DNA of 64,000 nucleotides from contig CACMKW010000001.1 of NCBI GenBank assembly GCA_902614395.1, forward strand, positions 164,199 to 228,198, written 5' to 3'. The stretch is from an uncultured Alphaproteobacteria bacterium (lineage in GTDB: Bacteria; Pseudomonadota; Alphaproteobacteria; HIMB59; GCA-002718135). This document shows positions 63,099-64,000 of the stretch, piece after piece (position 1 is the first letter of the stretch; every line of letters begins with the position of its first letter). The position numbers and the translations under genes were made by a program. Under the pieces are notes generated by a model. That model saw only the letters and a list, made by a program, of their open reading frames with translations. It was not told where the DNA came from and ran no database searches.

Positions 63099-64000
63099 TG
63101 AAAAAAAAATCCAAAATTGCTTTTGGTAGATTAGACTTACTCAGAAATGATACTTTAAATAATAAAAATAAAATTCGAATTGGTTTCATTGGTGGAGGTC
63201 CTAATTCATTTATTGGATACACACATAGGCTATCAGCAAGATTTGATAATAAATTTGAATTTGTTGCTGGTATATTTTCAAAAGATAAAAATAAATCTAA
63301 ATCTTTTGGTTTGTCATTAGGATTAGCTGATGATCGTTGTTACAGCGATTATAATTCTATGGCATTAGCAGAATCAAAAAGAAATGATGGTATTCAAGCT
63401 CTTGGAATAATGACTCCATCTGGTGATCACTATAAGATAGCAAAAGCATTTATTGAAAAAGGCATACATATTATTTGCGACAAGCCTTTAACTGCAACAG
63501 TTGAGGATGCTGTTAAATTAAAAAAAATAATTTTAAAAAATAAAATTGTATTTGCATTAACACACAATTACTCAAGCTACCCAATGCTAAGAGAAGCAAA
63601 AAATATTATTTCAAATAATAAATTAGGAAAAATCAATTTAATAAATGTTGAGTACCCCCAAGGTTATACAGTTGGGTTAAAAAAGAAAGATGAAAAAGCA
63701 ACATTAAAATGGAGACTAGATAAAAAACAATCTGGGCCCTCAATGATTTTATCTGAAATTGGAACTCATGCGTATCATTTATTAAGATATGTGACTGGAT
63801 TAGAAGCAAACGAAATATCAGCAGAAGTAAATTCATTATCCTCGGAAATTTCAGTCGATGATAATGCTTTTGTTTTATTAAGAATGCGCAATAAGGCAAG
63901 AGGTATAATCTGGGTATCGTCTGCTGCTACTGGTGGAGAAAATGGTTTAAAAATTAGAGTGTATGGAACAAAAGGTTCAATAGAGTGGCTACAGGATGAT
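63098..64000 (+). CDS. Gfo/Idh/MocA family oxidoreductase (3' truncated; absent from ORF track)
   Basis: ATG overlaps the SDR stop (TAATG). Translates to IRIGFIGGGPNSFIGYTHR..FVAGIFS, then ICDKP and EIGTHA. Runs to the window end. Confidence 0.88.
   Translation, partial: MKKKSKIAFGRLDLLRNDTLNNKNKIRIGFIGGGPNSFIGYTHRLSARFDNKFEFVAGIFSKDKNKSKSFGLSLGLADDRCYSDYNSMALAESKRNDGIQALGIMTPSGDHYKIAKAFIEKGIHIICDKPLTATVEDAVKLKKIILKNKIVFALTHNYSSYPMLREAKNIISNNKLGKINLINVEYPQGYTVGLKKKDEKATLKWRLDKKQSGPSMILSEIGTHAYHLLRYVTGLEANEISAEVNSLSSEISVDDNAFVLLRMRNKARGIIWVSSAATGGENGLKIRVYGTKGSIEWLQDD

Noticed and set aside
2064-63899. Short antisense or alternate-frame ORFs in the track (e.g. 3566-3844, 15872-16225, 33917-34288, 59736-60149, 63633-63899)
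   Set aside because: They are nested in well-conserved genes, have no motifs, and are the expected shadows of codon bias.
1-64000. CRISPR arrays, IS elements, prophage, defence systems, rRNA
   Set aside because: No periodic repeats or transposase/integrase/phage motifs were seen, and there is no unexplained non-coding stretch longer than about 130 nt.

Overview
An AT-rich, very compact window from an alphaproteobacterial chromosome. Gene order and streamlining suggest a marine SAR11-like or HIMB59-like lineage (inference). Bases 1-23 kb hold the core transcription/translation cluster: 5'-truncated rpoB, rpoC, then str, S10, spc and alpha genes. tuf is missing after fusA, and rpmD is missing between rpsE and rplO. 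Bases 23-30 kb are housekeeping genes: RluA-family synthase, lipB, tRNA-Leu(GAG), mgtE, gshA, gshB, bioY and a ROK kinase. Bases 30-64 kb are a catabolic region for organic nitrogen, osmolytes and sugar acids with no regulator gene. It contains (i) an unusual operon in which an intact amidinotransferase is translationally coupled to eutABC-like genes, followed by an orphan PLP enzyme, an M20 amidohydrolase, a metal-ligand-free M24 hydrolase, a Ser/Cys proline-racemase-family enzyme and soxBDAG; (ii) an uncharacterised trio of DUF3726, a 554-aa hypothetical and an M19 dipeptidase-like protein; (iii) a PotABCD-type ABC importer whose first permease seems to start at ATT behind a strong hairpin; (iv) a gamma-glutamylation module; and (v) uxaA/xylose-dehydrogenase-like sugar-acid genes. 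I saw no mobile elements, CRISPR arrays or rRNA. The best candidates for an undescribed system are (i) and (ii). All family calls come from motif recognition by eye, not from database searches.
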